This document shows positions 54,988 to 64,000 of a DNA stretch of 64,000 nucleotides, piece by piece. The notes under the pieces are model-generated. The model was given only the letters and a program-made list of their open reading frames with translations. It was not told the DNA's origin and did not search any database. The DNA comes from a virus (taxonomy: Duplodnaviria > Caudoviricetes): positions 1-64,000 of IMG/VR virus record IMGVR_UViG_3300025534_000006; one strand, given 5' to 3'. The position numbers and the translations under genes were made by a program. Within the stretch, counting starts at the first letter, position 1. The number at the start of each line of letters is the position of its first letter.

Positions 54988-56064
54988 TCAGGCCAGCATC
55001 TTCCGGTAAAGCGTGATCTGCATCCTGTTGGAGGTGGCCGTTTCGAGAACGGAGCGCAGCGTATATAGCCGCCCGTACCGCTGCACGGCCTGCGCCGCAT
55101 CCTTCACGTCGGCTTCCCACCAATTGGCGTAGCCATGGCCGTCGCTCAGGCGCGGAAAGGCGACATGGAAGTCATTCGCCACCGCCACGTCGATGAGGCG
55201 CTGACCGGCCTTGTCGCGGTCCGGCAGGACGATGGGGGTCTTGCCGCAGTTCTTGATCCACGCGATCTGCTTGTCATTCAGGCGGGCGCCCAAAGTGCCG
55301 ACCGCATCCAACGCCAGAGCGTCAAAGATGCCCTCGACGATGATGACGAAACGACGCTCCGGGGCGGTCAGCGCGGCGGTGTTGAACAGCAGGTTCGACG
55401 GCGTCTCGTTATAGTAGCGCGGATTGATGTCCGGCACGGTGGCCCGCGCCGTCCATCCCACCATCTTTCCCTCATGGAAGCAGGGGATGATCAGGCGCTT
55501 GTTGAGATGATGACCCCCGTCCTCCGGCGTCCAGTAGTAGGTGGTCGCCCCCACCAGATCGTCGCCGCGCGAGAACAGGTACTCGACGGCGGTCAGGAAG
55601 TCCGGGTCCTCGCACCTGTCCTCCGCCCACTCCGCCAGCGACCTTGCACCTTTCGGCAGGGCCTTGGCCGGGAAGTCGATGATGTTGCTGACCTTCGCCA
55701 CCTCCTGCGCGGCCGGGTTGTCCGCCACCATGCGGGACAGGGTGAACGCCCAATGCGCGAGCCGCTTCACCTCCATCGAGGATACGCCGACCTCCATGAG
55801 GAAGTCCTGCATGGTTCGGCTGAGCGTTTCGCCCTTTCGGAACCGGCTCTTGAAGCCGCAGTTGAAGCAATGGATACCGATGCCCTTGGCATCGTATTTG
55901 ATGCCGCACCGTTGCCGCTTGTCCTGCGTCTCCCCACGATGTACGCACATGGGACAGTTGATGGAGATGAAACCCGTCCCGGACCGCCGCCTCGCGCTTT
56001 TCAGCGACGAGGACAGCGCGGTCCAGACGAGGTCCTCGCTGAACAGCTTTTCGAGTGCGGACAT
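54988..56064 (-). CDS. DNA primase (Zn finger plus TOPRIM)
   Basis: CPMC...HCFNCG; IVEGIFDAL; LPDRDKAG. Confidence 0.88.
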   Translation of the reverse strand: MSALEKLFSEDLVWTALSSSLKSARRRSGTGFISINCPMCVHRGETQDKRQRCGIKYDAKGIGIHCFNCGFKSRFRKGETLSRTMQDFLMEVGVSSMEVKRLAHWAFTLSRMVADNPAAQEVAKVSNIIDFPAKALPKGARSLAEWAEDRCEDPDFLTAVEYLFSRGDDLVGATTYYWTPEDGGHHLNKRLIIPCFHEGKMVGWTARATVPDINPRYYNETPSNLLFNTAALTAPERRFVIIVEGIFDALALDAVGTLGARLNDKQIAWIKNCGKTPIVLPDRDKAGQRLIDVAVANDFHVAFPRLSDGHGYANWWEADVKDAAQAVQRYGRLYTLRSVLETATSNRMQITLYRKMLA

Positions 56065-56066
56065 GC

Positions 56067-56606
56067 TTACTGCGTCGCGCGACGGGCCTGCGGGTTGAAT
56101 TTCGGCAGCGGTGCCATGCGCTCAAGCGCCTGCGCGAAGGTGATGGGGGTGTAGTTCCAGCAGTCGGCACCCACGTCGCAGCAATTGCCCCAGTCGTCGC
56201 AATTGCCGTGCTCGTGGCCGTAGAGATGGTACCAGCCCCGGTAGAGGCCATCCCATGACCGGCTCGGGTAGTGGTCGAGCACGATCATCTTGCCGTCGAG
56301 CTTGATGGTCGCGCGCTGCACGGGCGTCTCCGCCCACGGCAGGGCCAGCACCTCGTCATTGTCATGGTTGCCGATCACCAGCCGCTTGTGGCCGTTCAGC
56401 CGGGGGAAAATCTCGGCCACCAGCCCCTTGGTGCTTCGGTAGGAGAAATCCCCGAGGTGCCACACGTCATCATTTGGCCCGACCACGGCGTTCCACCGCT
56501 CGATCAGGGCGGCGTGCATCTCGTCGAGATTGGCGAAGGGTCGCTTCGAAAGGCGAATGATGTTGGAATGTCCGAAATGGGTATCGGACGTGAACCACGT
56601 CGGCAT
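56067..56606 (-). CDS. Calcineurin-like metallophosphoesterase
   Basis: SDTHFGH, GDFS, GNHD, HYP, GHEH. Confidence 0.9.
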   Translation of the reverse strand: MPTWFTSDTHFGHSNIIRLSKRPFANLDEMHAALIERWNAVVGPNDDVWHLGDFSYRSTKGLVAEIFPRLNGHKRLVIGNHDNDEVLALPWAETPVQRATIKLDGKMIVLDHYPSRSWDGLYRGWYHLYGHEHGNCDDWGNCCDVGADCWNYTPITFAQALERMAPLPKFNPQARRATQ

Positions 56607-56703
56607 CTGAAATGACTCTCTGAAATATGGGCACAGGATGCCGGATTAACCCGGTTCTTGTCAACGGCCTTAGGCCGGTCTCCTCCCGTCTCCGTCTCCG
56701 GCG

Positions 56704-57495
56704 TTACGCCTTGACGAAAATCCGCGAGACCTGCCCCTCGGTTGTGCGGAGCGCGATACGCACCTTGGCGAAATTCCCCTCGGCGCTGAACGCCACCGCC
56801 CCCGTGACGCCTTCGTAATCCTGCCGGGCGGCCTCGAACCAGTCATCCTCCACGGGCTGGTCGGCGATGGTCGCTTCAAGGGTCAGGCTGCCGCTGAACC
56901 CGTCGAGCAGGGCTTCAACGGTGTGCAGGCCATCCGGGTAGCCGAGGGCGGCAGAGCCCGGCACGGCGCTGCTGCGGGCCACCGTATCGGTGACCGTGAA
57001 GGTGGAGGGGTCGAGCACCACCGGGGCAGCCGGAGCCGGGCGAGGGCCTTCCAGCACCTCCAAATGGCTGTAGGGTGTGTAGTCGCGGTCGGTATAGAGC
57101 ATCGCCTCGTCGCCGTCGGGGCGGGTCGCCACCACGCTCCACCGCAGCGGGTGGCTCGGCCAGTCGATCATGTCGCCCGGCAGGATGGTCAGGCGGTAGA
57201 GGGCGCGGGCCGGATCGACCACCGTCAGGGCGCGGGACAGCAGCAACCGATCCGCCTTGGTGTCCACGATATTCGCGGTGAGCGCCCCGCCGGTCAGGTC
57301 CACCGGCTTGCGGTCGATGTCCAGAACGAAGAACTCGATGTCGTTGCGCGTTCCGCGCACGACGCGAAACACGGTGCGGTTAACGGGATAATTCATAAGG
57401 ATCGGCCCACTGGTTGCTGCGGACGATGCCAAGACGAGTTGGACCACGCGGGGGAGGGCGTACAATGCGACCCGCCCGGCATCGCTGTAGGACAT
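56704..57495 (-). CDS. Virion/baseplate protein, Ig-like
   Basis: DIEFFVLD.DRKPVDLTG...GLYRLT-like BppU-type pattern; late promoter. Confidence 0.55.
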   Translation of the reverse strand: MSYSDAGRVALYALPRVVQLVLASSAATSGPILMNYPVNRTVFRVVRGTRNDIEFFVLDIDRKPVDLTGGALTANIVDTKADRLLLSRALTVVDPARALYRLTILPGDMIDWPSHPLRWSVVATRPDGDEAMLYTDRDYTPYSHLEVLEGPRPAPAAPVVLDPSTFTVTDTVARSSAVPGSAALGYPDGLHTVEALLDGFSGSLTLEATIADQPVEDDWFEAARQDYEGVTGAVAFSAEGNFAKVRIALRTTEGQVSRIFVKA

Positions 57496-57532
57496 TGAAG
57501 CGCCTCCGGTCTTATCTGGCTCCGTTCCGGGC

Positions 57533-57550
57533 TATTTAGCCGCTTAAATA
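57533..57550. promoter_or_regulatory. Back-to-back divergent late promoters
   Basis: TATTTAG-CCGC-TTAAATA between divergent genes 57495(-) and 57570(+). Confidence 0.6.
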
Positions 57551-57569
57551 CCGCAATCGCTCCCCATTC

Positions 57570-58040
57570 ATGAGGCCGAGCACGCAGCGCGTTAAAATGA
57601 GCATTCCTAAATACGTGATCCGCGTCCACGCCTCGACCGCACATGGATTTACACTCATGATTCTGGATGAACGCATCGAAAAAATCCTGATCTCCTTTCC
57701 GTTCCTGTCCTATGGAACGATGCTTGGTCGCCCGTATCTCGGCATCATCCAGAACTGCGACAACCAGCTACTCTCGATGTACGTTCTGGATGCTATCCCG
57801 ACGGAGGAGATGCGCCGGGAATTCCTGCGCCTCGGCGAGGCATGGTGGTGGGGCAGCAATCGGCAGATACCGATCAATATCTTCCTCAAGGACCGGTTCC
57901 GGCCGTTCAGGGAGTACCTCACGCACTTCTCCCGCAAGGATTTCATCCTTGAGGCCGGACCGACCGTGAGCCTGCACGAGACCATCGCGCGCCGGGTCCG
58001 CAAGCGCCAGATCACCCTCGTCCGCCGCACTCCCGCCTAG
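57570..58040 (+). CDS. Jumbo-phage-type hypothetical protein
   Basis: FPFLSY...YLGIIQN.D..L.SMY...WWW.SNRQIPINIFL; start uncertain (57598 or later). Confidence 0.7.
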   Translation: MRPSTQRVKMSIPKYVIRVHASTAHGFTLMILDERIEKILISFPFLSYGTMLGRPYLGIIQNCDNQLLSMYVLDAIPTEEMRREFLRLGEAWWWGSNRQIPINIFLKDRFRPFREYLTHFSRKDFILEAGPTVSLHETIARRVRKRQITLVRRTPA

Positions 58041-58324
58041 TCGCCGTCGGGCCGCCCGGTCCAGTACAGCTTGAACAAAGCGAATTCCTTTTCGTCGTGG
58101 AATGCCACGGTCATGATGATCCGGACCATTTCACTGCTGACCAACTGACCGCCCTCCTCCCACAGCAACTCCCAGTCCTTGCAGTTTTCAGTCAGCCATT
58201 CGTGCAGTTCGGGGTTGTAGAAGCGGAACGTGTCCGCCACCAACTCGGCGGACAGCAACTCGGACGGGACCCAGATCGCTGGCAGGCGATGCAACCACAT
58301 GATGTTCGCTATGCTCCCGACCAA
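58037..58324 (-). CDS. Hypothetical protein
   Basis: F.DE.EF.LFKL.W ending. Confidence 0.6.
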   Translation of the reverse strand: MVGSIANIMWLHRLPAIWVPSELLSAELVADTFRFYNPELHEWLTENCKDWELLWEEGGQLVSSEMVRIIMTVAFHDEKEFALFKLYWTGRPDGD

Positions 58325-58680
58325 CAGAGAGCGAATGTCACGGCGGTGGCATCGTTCTCGAAGCTAAAGTGGAAGGTGAGGCGGCTTACCGAGTGGACCT
58401 CGATCCGCATCGACCACTCGCCATCACTGTGCTCGGCGATCCATTCGACCACGTTGCGGAGCCAGTGGGTCAGGGCCGCCGCACTGAGACCTTCGCGCAC
58501 GATGGCGATGCGGTGGTCCCGATCCTCCGCCACAAAGCGGGCGAACCGGCCACCGCGAAGCTCAAGCTCGCTGCCATAGAGGGGCAGTAGGTCAATCTGG
58601 TAGAGAAACCGACCGGTGCGCTCGCTGACCACCTCCTGACACAGCCATGGCTCATTCACGCCAACCACCGTGAACGTCAT
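58309..58680 (-). CDS. Hypothetical protein
   Basis: FSFEND..A..FAL.W ending. Confidence 0.6.
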   Translation of the reverse strand: MTFTVVGVNEPWLCQEVVSERTGRFLYQIDLLPLYGSELELRGGRFARFVAEDRDHRIAIVREGLSAAALTHWLRNVVEWIAEHSDGEWSMRIEVHSVSRLTFHFSFENDATAVTFALCWSGA

Positions 58681-59312
58681 GCGGCTTGGGCTTTTTCGAC
58701 AAGGAGGTTTAGCTGCACGACGATGCTGGTCGCATAGGCGATGGCGTGCGACCGCTTGAACGTATAGCCTTCGGCGGAGGGCTTCCAGATTTCCGCGTCG
58801 ATGACATGACGTGGCCGATGCAGGAGGTGGCGCTTGCCGGGCCGGATCAACGCAAGGCAGACGGCGATATCCTCGATGGATCGCGGCCGGATCGCCGACA
58901 CCACGTCGAAATGCCCCGAAAGGTGCGCGAGGCTGTCCACCACATCCCTGTCGTCGAACAATTCCCAGACCGGTTCCCGATTCAGGAGTGCGACGAGATG
59001 CGCTTCGTCACGGACTTCCCTGTAGATGGAGACGTTGAGGAAATCCAGCTTGAAGTAGCCATGATCGCCTGCTTCCTTGTAGTCAAAGACGGCAAGCCCA
59101 TCCAGCGGATCGGTCGGGACGTTCTGGAAGTAGACGCCGGTCTTGTGCTTCATGCGCTGACCATTGGCGATCTGCGTGGCCGGAATGTACGGCAGGCCCG
59201 CGAGGGCCGCTTCGCGGTCGGCAAAGTCGATATCGATATCGGTGGAAACACCCATCGCCCGAGCTTTCCTGCTGGTGATGTCGCGTAGGTCTGGTCGCTT
59301 GCTGTCGGACAT
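58677..59312 (-). CDS. Mini DNA polymerase III alpha (DnaE)-like palm fragment
   Basis: DIDIDF, H.TGVY, GYFKLDFLNV, FKRSHAIAYA. Confidence 0.8.
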   Translation of the reverse strand: MSDSKRPDLRDITSRKARAMGVSTDIDIDFADREAALAGLPYIPATQIANGQRMKHKTGVYFQNVPTDPLDGLAVFDYKEAGDHGYFKLDFLNVSIYREVRDEAHLVALLNREPVWELFDDRDVVDSLAHLSGHFDVVSAIRPRSIEDIAVCLALIRPGKRHLLHRPRHVIDAEIWKPSAEGYTFKRSHAIAYATSIVVQLNLLVEKAQAA

Positions 59313-59327
59313 GGTCGTCTCCGGCCA

Positions 59328-59334
59328 TATTTAG
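59328..59334 (-). promoter_or_regulatory. Late promoter TAAATA
   Basis: CTAAATA upstream of DnaE-like gene. Confidence 0.55.
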
Positions 59335-59354
59335 GTCGGAGACAGGTGAATCGC

Positions 59355-59927
59355 TCAGTCGTCCCTTGACATCATGAACGCGCTGATCTTCGCAGGATCG
59401 AGGACGTACCGGCTGCCATTATGGTCCTTCAACTCGTAAGTCTCCCCTTTGGCGCGTGCCGCATTGAAGCCATCCACAATCGCGTTCGCGAAATCCTGCG
59501 GCACCTGACGGTAGAGGAGCATGGATTTGCGCGGGTTCCCCACCGCATAGTGAATCGAGAATTTTGGCTTCGATGCCTCCTCTCGCTGCCGGTCCACCTC
59601 GGCCGTGAAATCGGCGAAGCTCCGGAAAGCGGCGGTTCCACGCGAGTTATACGCGTTCAGGCACTCTTTCAGGTATTCCCGCGCCAGCGCCGGGACGAAG
59701 TGGGCCTCGGCCGTAGTCACGTCAAGGACAGCGAAGCCCTTGAAGGCAGGCCCATCGGCTTCATCCAGATGGAATTGCAGGACATTCGCGCGGCTGCCCG
59801 CTACGGACAGCACTATCGATGCCGTCGTCGGATAGTCGCCGGGCGCGAACAAGATATCGGCGACCTTGATATTCCGGCGTGCCGAAAAGGACTTCAACAA
59901 GTGCAGGAGGGCATGAATGAAGCGCAT
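59355..59927 (-). CDS. Hypothetical protein
   Basis: ORF in - run. Confidence 0.55.
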   Translation of the reverse strand: MRFIHALLHLLKSFSARRNIKVADILFAPGDYPTTASIVLSVAGSRANVLQFHLDEADGPAFKGFAVLDVTTAEAHFVPALAREYLKECLNAYNSRGTAAFRSFADFTAEVDRQREEASKPKFSIHYAVGNPRKSMLLYRQVPQDFANAIVDGFNAARAKGETYELKDHNGSRYVLDPAKISAFMMSRDD

Positions 59928-59948
59928 TGGAACTCTAGTTCTTGAATG

Positions 59949-60548
59949 TCAAATGTTCAGCAGAGAGTTGTGCAACAGAGCCAGCCAGCGGTTCGCCTCG
60001 TTTGCCCACCTGATCTCGTCATCCCGTTCCTTCCGGTGATACTCGATAACGGACTGCATCTCCGCGATCTCGCTCTCGCGCCACTCCTCGCCCGTCATCC
60101 GCGTGGGAGGCTGCAAATACTCCATATTGCAGTCCCAGCTAATGGAATCGGTAAGCTGCCGCATCATGAAGCAGCGCAATTCTTCCAATTCCGGCGGTAC
60201 CTTCCAGTCGCGCACCTTCTCCAACATGGCCGTATAGCGACTGCGGTACTGTATCATCCGTTCCCGAAACCGCTCTAGGTATGCGATTTGCTCCTCGTAG
60301 GCAGCACGGGCGCATTCTTCGCATTCCTCGGCGGACAACTCCCAAAGTCGCGTCAGTTCGGCCTCCGCCTTGGTGAGTTCGGCGTCATGGTATGCCGTGT
60401 CTGGCTCCACCGTGATGGGAACCGCCGATGATAATGGCTGGTCCCGAAAACGGGATAGCGCGTCGCAGGCGTGGGCGCACAACAGAGCAAAATCACGCAG
60501 TTCGGTGATCTTGCCGGTCTGGACGGGTTCGGTGTAACTGCTTGGCAT
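59949..60548 (-). CDS. Hypothetical coiled-coil phage protein
   Basis: MPSSYT..V..G.I..L.DFAL.CA; helical. Confidence 0.6.
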   Translation of the reverse strand: MPSSYTEPVQTGKITELRDFALLCAHACDALSRFRDQPLSSAVPITVEPDTAYHDAELTKAEAELTRLWELSAEECEECARAAYEEQIAYLERFRERMIQYRSRYTAMLEKVRDWKVPPELEELRCFMMRQLTDSISWDCNMEYLQPPTRMTGEEWRESEIAEMQSVIEYHRKERDDEIRWANEANRWLALLHNSLLNI

Positions 60549-60581
60549 GTGTCAAATGGCTTTCTGAAATGCGCAGTGATA

Positions 60582-61043
60582 TTAGCCGTTGTCGATGACG
60601 ACACGCAAGCCCGCTCGTGGCTTCGGCAGGTCAATCGCCATGTTCAGGCACGCATGATAGTCGTACACCACCTCGGTGTCGCTGATGCGGCAGATACGCA
60701 TCAACTCGATCTGGCTCTCCGTGCGCTGCTGCAAGCAGTAGATCAGGCCCCCGATGAGGAAGTGAAGGCTCAGCATGACGGGATGTTGCGGATCACCGCG
60801 CTGCTCATCATTCAGGGCGGCGACCTTGCCGAAGGCCGTGGCGATCATGAGGCGCCAGTGGGTCGGCGTCAGATCGCACCAGCGGCGGCGCCCCTCGAAA
60901 TACGGGTGATCCTGCATCTCGATCAGGATGCGGTCCTCGTTCTGCCAGTTCGTCACGACGCGCTCGAAGTCGCCGTTTTCGAGGATCGTCACGGAACGCC
61001 GGTCGCACTCGTAGTCGTTGGTAATGACGGTGACGGTGGTCAT
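60582..61043 (-). CDS. Hypothetical protein
   Basis: AAGG RBS; GC3-rich. Confidence 0.65.
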   Translation of the reverse strand: MTTVTVITNDYECDRRSVTILENGDFERVVTNWQNEDRILIEMQDHPYFEGRRRWCDLTPTHWRLMIATAFGKVAALNDEQRGDPQHPVMLSLHFLIGGLIYCLQQRTESQIELMRICRISDTEVVYDYHACLNMAIDLPKPRAGLRVVIDNG

Positions 61044-61079
61044 GCCTTAAATGCCGTTCTTGAAATCGTGCAGAGACTA

Positions 61080-61406
61080 TCAGGAGTTGTCCCGGTAGTC
61101 GATCTTGTGCGCCAGTTCGCGCGAAATTTCGGAGATGGTTCCCGTCTGCCGCCGCACAAAGCTGCGGGTCTCCACGAGAGACTGCTCAAGGCGGCGGATC
61201 GCCTTGCCCTGCTCGACGACCAGATGCTCAAGCCGCGCGAGGTATCCCATGGTCGGGACCTCGACCCACTTGCCGTTCACGAAAATCATCTGCGAACGGC
61301 TCCGCTCGCGCTGCGGCGGCAGGCCCGGCTTGGTATCCGATCCGGCATCCCCGTCATCATCCTGATACATGTTGCGGAGAAGCTCCGCGCGTTCCTCGTC
61401 AGTCAT
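61080..61406 (-). CDS. Hypothetical coiled-coil protein
   Basis: Coupled ORF. Confidence 0.6.
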   Translation of the reverse strand: MTDEERAELLRNMYQDDDGDAGSDTKPGLPPQRERSRSQMIFVNGKWVEVPTMGYLARLEHLVVEQGKAIRRLEQSLVETRSFVRRQTGTISEISRELAHKIDYRDNS

Positions 61407-61683
61407 CGAGCGATCCTAAGGTGATATGATTGGCCCAGCGATCCCGGAACCGCTGCGCATCGGCCGGGTTGCGGAAAGCGAAGTAGGACCACGGGAAGTC
61501 GTCCTCCTCGAAGGCGCAAGCCGCCTTGCCAGTGAGGCCGTCGTCGCGCATCCACTTCCAGAAGTCGTCGTAGAGCGGTCCGGTCCCTCTTACCCCAAAG
61601 ACCAAGGGCAAGGGGCCGGGCTGCCCGCGCCAACTACCGGCGGGGACATTCTTGTATAAGGTGATGCCGAAACTCATCTCCAT
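61399..61683 (-). CDS. Hypothetical protein
   Basis: Coupled ORF; FAF..PADA..F. Confidence 0.55.
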   Translation of the reverse strand: MEMSFGITLYKNVPAGSWRGQPGPLPLVFGVRGTGPLYDDFWKWMRDDGLTGKAACAFEEDDFPWSYFAFRNPADAQRFRDRWANHITLGSLDD

Positions 61684-61692
61684 ATTTCCCCC

Positions 61693-62448
61693 TCAGACAC
61701 CGGCTTCGGCCAGCACGGCACGGATTTGCGCTACTTCCTCCGCATGACGGGCGAGTTTGATGCGCCAGAAATGCGGGTCGATGGCCTGCTCAACCATCGC
61801 GGTCTGCTCCGGGCTCAGGCGCCCGAGGAGGTCCCGCGCGCTCGGCGCGGTGAACAGCACCCACGGACTGATCCGGCCCGACCTGATCCACAGGGCCGCG
61901 AGCGGCGGCGCGACCTTGCGGAAGAAGTCGGTCCAATGCTCGCCGGTCTCGACGCTCCACTGCTGCATCAGCATGATGTTGCGCTCCAAGGCTTCGACCG
62001 GGGTTTCACCCTTGTTCAGTTCGCGCACATAGGTCTCGTAGAGCGCCGGGTTCTGCCACTTGTCGATGGGAACCTCGGTGCGGAGCAGGAAGTCCACATA
62101 GCCAAGCGGGTTCAGCGCGCTGTTCTCATGCAGCCAGCGGCCGAATTTGACGAATGCGATGTAGAAATTCGACCGCTCGAATACCTCAATGGAGGGCGGC
62201 TTGGCCCGACCCATGCCACGCTGATAGAAACGCTGGAAGGCGAGGAATCCGAGCTTGACGGGCTTTTCCTCGCGTTGCAGGAACCGTCGCTTCTTCTCGC
62301 AGACATGGGTCAGAAGGGTATCCTCTTTGGCGAAGGACGCTTTGCAGAACTCGCAGACATGGCGGCTGTCGTCAGCCTCCACGCCGATCACGCTTACCTT
62401 TGGCCCTGCCTTCTTCCTTCGCCTCGACGCCACCACTGAGTCTGTCAT
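61693..62448 (-). CDS. C2H2 Zn-finger protein of replication cluster
   Basis: CEFCKASF...LLTHVCEKKRR. Confidence 0.7.
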   Translation of the reverse strand: MTDSVVASRRRKKAGPKVSVIGVEADDSRHVCEFCKASFAKEDTLLTHVCEKKRRFLQREEKPVKLGFLAFQRFYQRGMGRAKPPSIEVFERSNFYIAFVKFGRWLHENSALNPLGYVDFLLRTEVPIDKWQNPALYETYVRELNKGETPVEALERNIMLMQQWSVETGEHWTDFFRKVAPPLAALWIRSGRISPWVLFTAPSARDLLGRLSPEQTAMVEQAIDPHFWRIKLARHAEEVAQIRAVLAEAGV

Positions 62449-62917
62449 ACGCCTTCATCGCCTCCTTGGCCTCGTCGGGGGTACAGCCGGTTTCGTTGAC
62501 GAACTGCTGGAACGTGTCTCGGGTGTGCTGGCGGAGGAGCATGTCGATCTCCCACGCATTCGCGGTCGGGTAGAACCGCTCGACCAGTTCACGGGCCTTG
62601 TTCGAGGTAGCCTTGCGGGAGGGCATCCCAAGCCATTCGTGGCGCTGGCGCGTCCCCAGACCGCAGGAGGCGGCAAGACGGAACAGGAGTTCCGGATGCG
62701 GCCCCATCATGTCGAGGGCACCGATATTGACGCGCTCGTTCACCAGCCAGATGGTGGCCTCGCCTGCCGGGCCATCCTGCACCGCACTGGCCCAGCGGAG
62801 GAACACCGGGGCAGCAAAGCCCTTGCGGGCTTCCTCGGGCTGCCTGCCCAGCCAGCCCCCGTCACGCGTGTCCATGGCACGCAGGGCCTCGAAAATGTCC
62901 AGCTTGTACTCGGCCAC
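62372..62917 (-). CDS. Putative clamp-loader small subunit (T4 gp62-like)
   Basis: LDIFE.L..MD...F.RW.S...NE.VN...HPEL...L; replication context. Confidence 0.45.
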   Translation of the reverse strand: MAEYKLDIFEALRAMDTRDGGWLGRQPEEARKGFAAPVFLRWASAVQDGPAGEATIWLVNERVNIGALDMMGPHPELLFRLAASCGLGTRQRHEWLGMPSRKATSNKARELVERFYPTANAWEIDMLLRQHTRDTFQQFVNETGCTPDEAKEAMKAYDRLSGGVEAKEEGRAKGKRDRRGG

Positions 62918-62960
62918 AATGACTTCCTTAAATCCGGTCTACTGAAACCGCATTAGCACC

Positions 62961-62967
62961 CTAAATA
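62961..62967 (+). promoter_or_regulatory. Late promoter-like TAAATA with no evident downstream gene
   Basis: CTAAATA 50 nt before a + strand terminator. Confidence 0.4.
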
Positions 62968-63017
62968 GGTAGTGGCGCGAGGTCAAGACCCAAGACCCCG
63001 CCATCGGTGCTCAGTTT

Positions 63018-63051
63018 GGCCCGGCAGGCATCCCACCTGCCGGGCCTTTTT
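63018..63051 (+). terminator. Intrinsic terminator oriented to + strand
   Basis: GGCCCGGCAGG / CCTGCCGGGCC followed by TTTTT. Confidence 0.65.
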
Positions 63052-63053
63052 CA

Positions 63054-63590
63054 TCAGGACCGCTTGCCCTTGGAGCCGCGCTTGGCGGGCGCAGGGGCCT
63101 TGGCGGGCTCGACCGGGGCCTGCTGTGCCTCCGCAGCGGCATCATCGGTCTCTCCGTCGGCATCGGCGGCCTGCCCTTGCTCAGCCCGTGCCTTGGCATC
63201 GGCAAGCCACTGCTCAATGTCATCGGCTGGGGCAGCGATGCGCTCGGCCAGCCGTCGGACGACCTCCTCCACTCCTGCGCCGGTCACACCCAGCACCGTG
63301 TCGCTCTCAGCGGCACCACCCACAACTTCGGCCTCGGCGAGCGGCGAGTTGGCAACGGCTTCCTTGATGGAATTATAGATCGGCAGGTTGATCGCGGCGC
63401 GAATCTCCTCGTCCGTCATGGTGCCGGTATCCACATGGAAAACCGGCCTCGCGGGCGCCTTGCCCTCGATCATGTCGAGCATCAGGCGGATGATCTCGAC
63501 CAACTCGGTATTGGCGCCCGGCATGTCGCGGCGGGCGGATCGACGCTGGAAGTCTGCCAGCTTCGCCTCGATCAGGTCACGGTTGCTCAT
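63054..63590 (-). CDS. Hypothetical protein, acidic C-terminus
   Basis: MSNRDL start; GC3-rich. Confidence 0.6.
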   Translation of the reverse strand: MSNRDLIEAKLADFQRRSARRDMPGANTELVEIIRLMLDMIEGKAPARPVFHVDTGTMTDEEIRAAINLPIYNSIKEAVANSPLAEAEVVGGAAESDTVLGVTGAGVEEVVRRLAERIAAPADDIEQWLADAKARAEQGQAADADGETDDAAAEAQQAPVEPAKAPAPAKRGSKGKRS

Positions 63591-63615
63591 TCTCGAATGT
63601 CCTTCTGTACATCTT

Positions 63616-63999
63616 TCAGGAAAAAACCTTGGAAATGTCCAACGCGTCCGGCAGGCGATTGATGTCCTTGACGAACAAGGCACAGGCCGGGTTCTCACAG
63701 TCCTCAAGCGGCACGGCGAGGATGTGGCCGTATTTCAACTTCGGCATGTGCCACGTCACATCGGGGAACACATTCTCGATGATGATCTCTTCAAACTGCG
63801 GGATATACCCGGTGATGGGATTGAAGATGAATGCCTCGAACGGCCGGTCGTTGAGGTGCTTGAGTTCGATGATCTCCATGTGACCGAAATCGCGGTCACA
63901 GATGACGACAGACCAATCAAGCGGCATCTGAACCCGGTATTTGCCGATGCGCAGATCGGCCGCAGGCCGGGGGAATACGTCGAGAAAGATCATCGGGAT
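63616..63999 (-). CDS. Jumbo-phage-type hypothetical protein (probably 5' partial)
   Basis: MPLDWSVVI..LNDR.F.AF.FNP...W..PKLK.GHILAVPL; frame open to edge. Confidence 0.65.
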   Translation of the reverse strand: MPMIFLDVFPRPAADLRIGKYRVQMPLDWSVVICDRDFGHMEIIELKHLNDRPFEAFIFNPITGYIPQFEEIIIENVFPDVTWHMPKLKYGHILAVPLEDCENPACALFVKDINRLPDALDISKVFS

Positions 64000-64000
64000 G

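Noticed and set aside
62972-63367. + strand ORF after the TAAATA motif
   Set aside because: Runs through a + strand terminator and is antisense to a real gene; no motifs

Overview
64 kb from a high-GC jumbo myovirus. Gene content resembles the GAP32/PBECO4/RaK2/Atu_ph07-like group (recognition, not a search); the host is possibly alphaproteobacterial. Contents: (i) two tail-fibre/receptor-binding clusters (about 2-9.4 kb and 33-39 kb); (ii) nucleotide and polyamine metabolism (speD, thyX, nrdA, nrdB, two MazG-like); (iii) head/virion-type genes (42-53 kb); (iv) a replication block (helicase, primase, mini DnaE-like palm, clamp-loader-like; 53-64 kb); (v) an accessory region (10-31 kb). A T4-like late promoter, TAAATA, occurs about 23 times, nearly always just upstream of a start codon. 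Main findings: a family of small, apparently late-expressed effectors (mostly ADP-ribosyltransferase folds, plus ParB-like) sharing an N-terminal MRxLIxxVE leader that resembles a capsid-targeting/cleavage signal; a PAAR spike-tip protein fused to a T6SS Tse1-like amidase; a 700-nt hairpin-dense non-coding region behind a sigma70-like promoter; and an IS1595-TnpB deletion chimera. All family calls come from reading motifs; no database searches were run, and no tRNA or CRISPR array was recognised.
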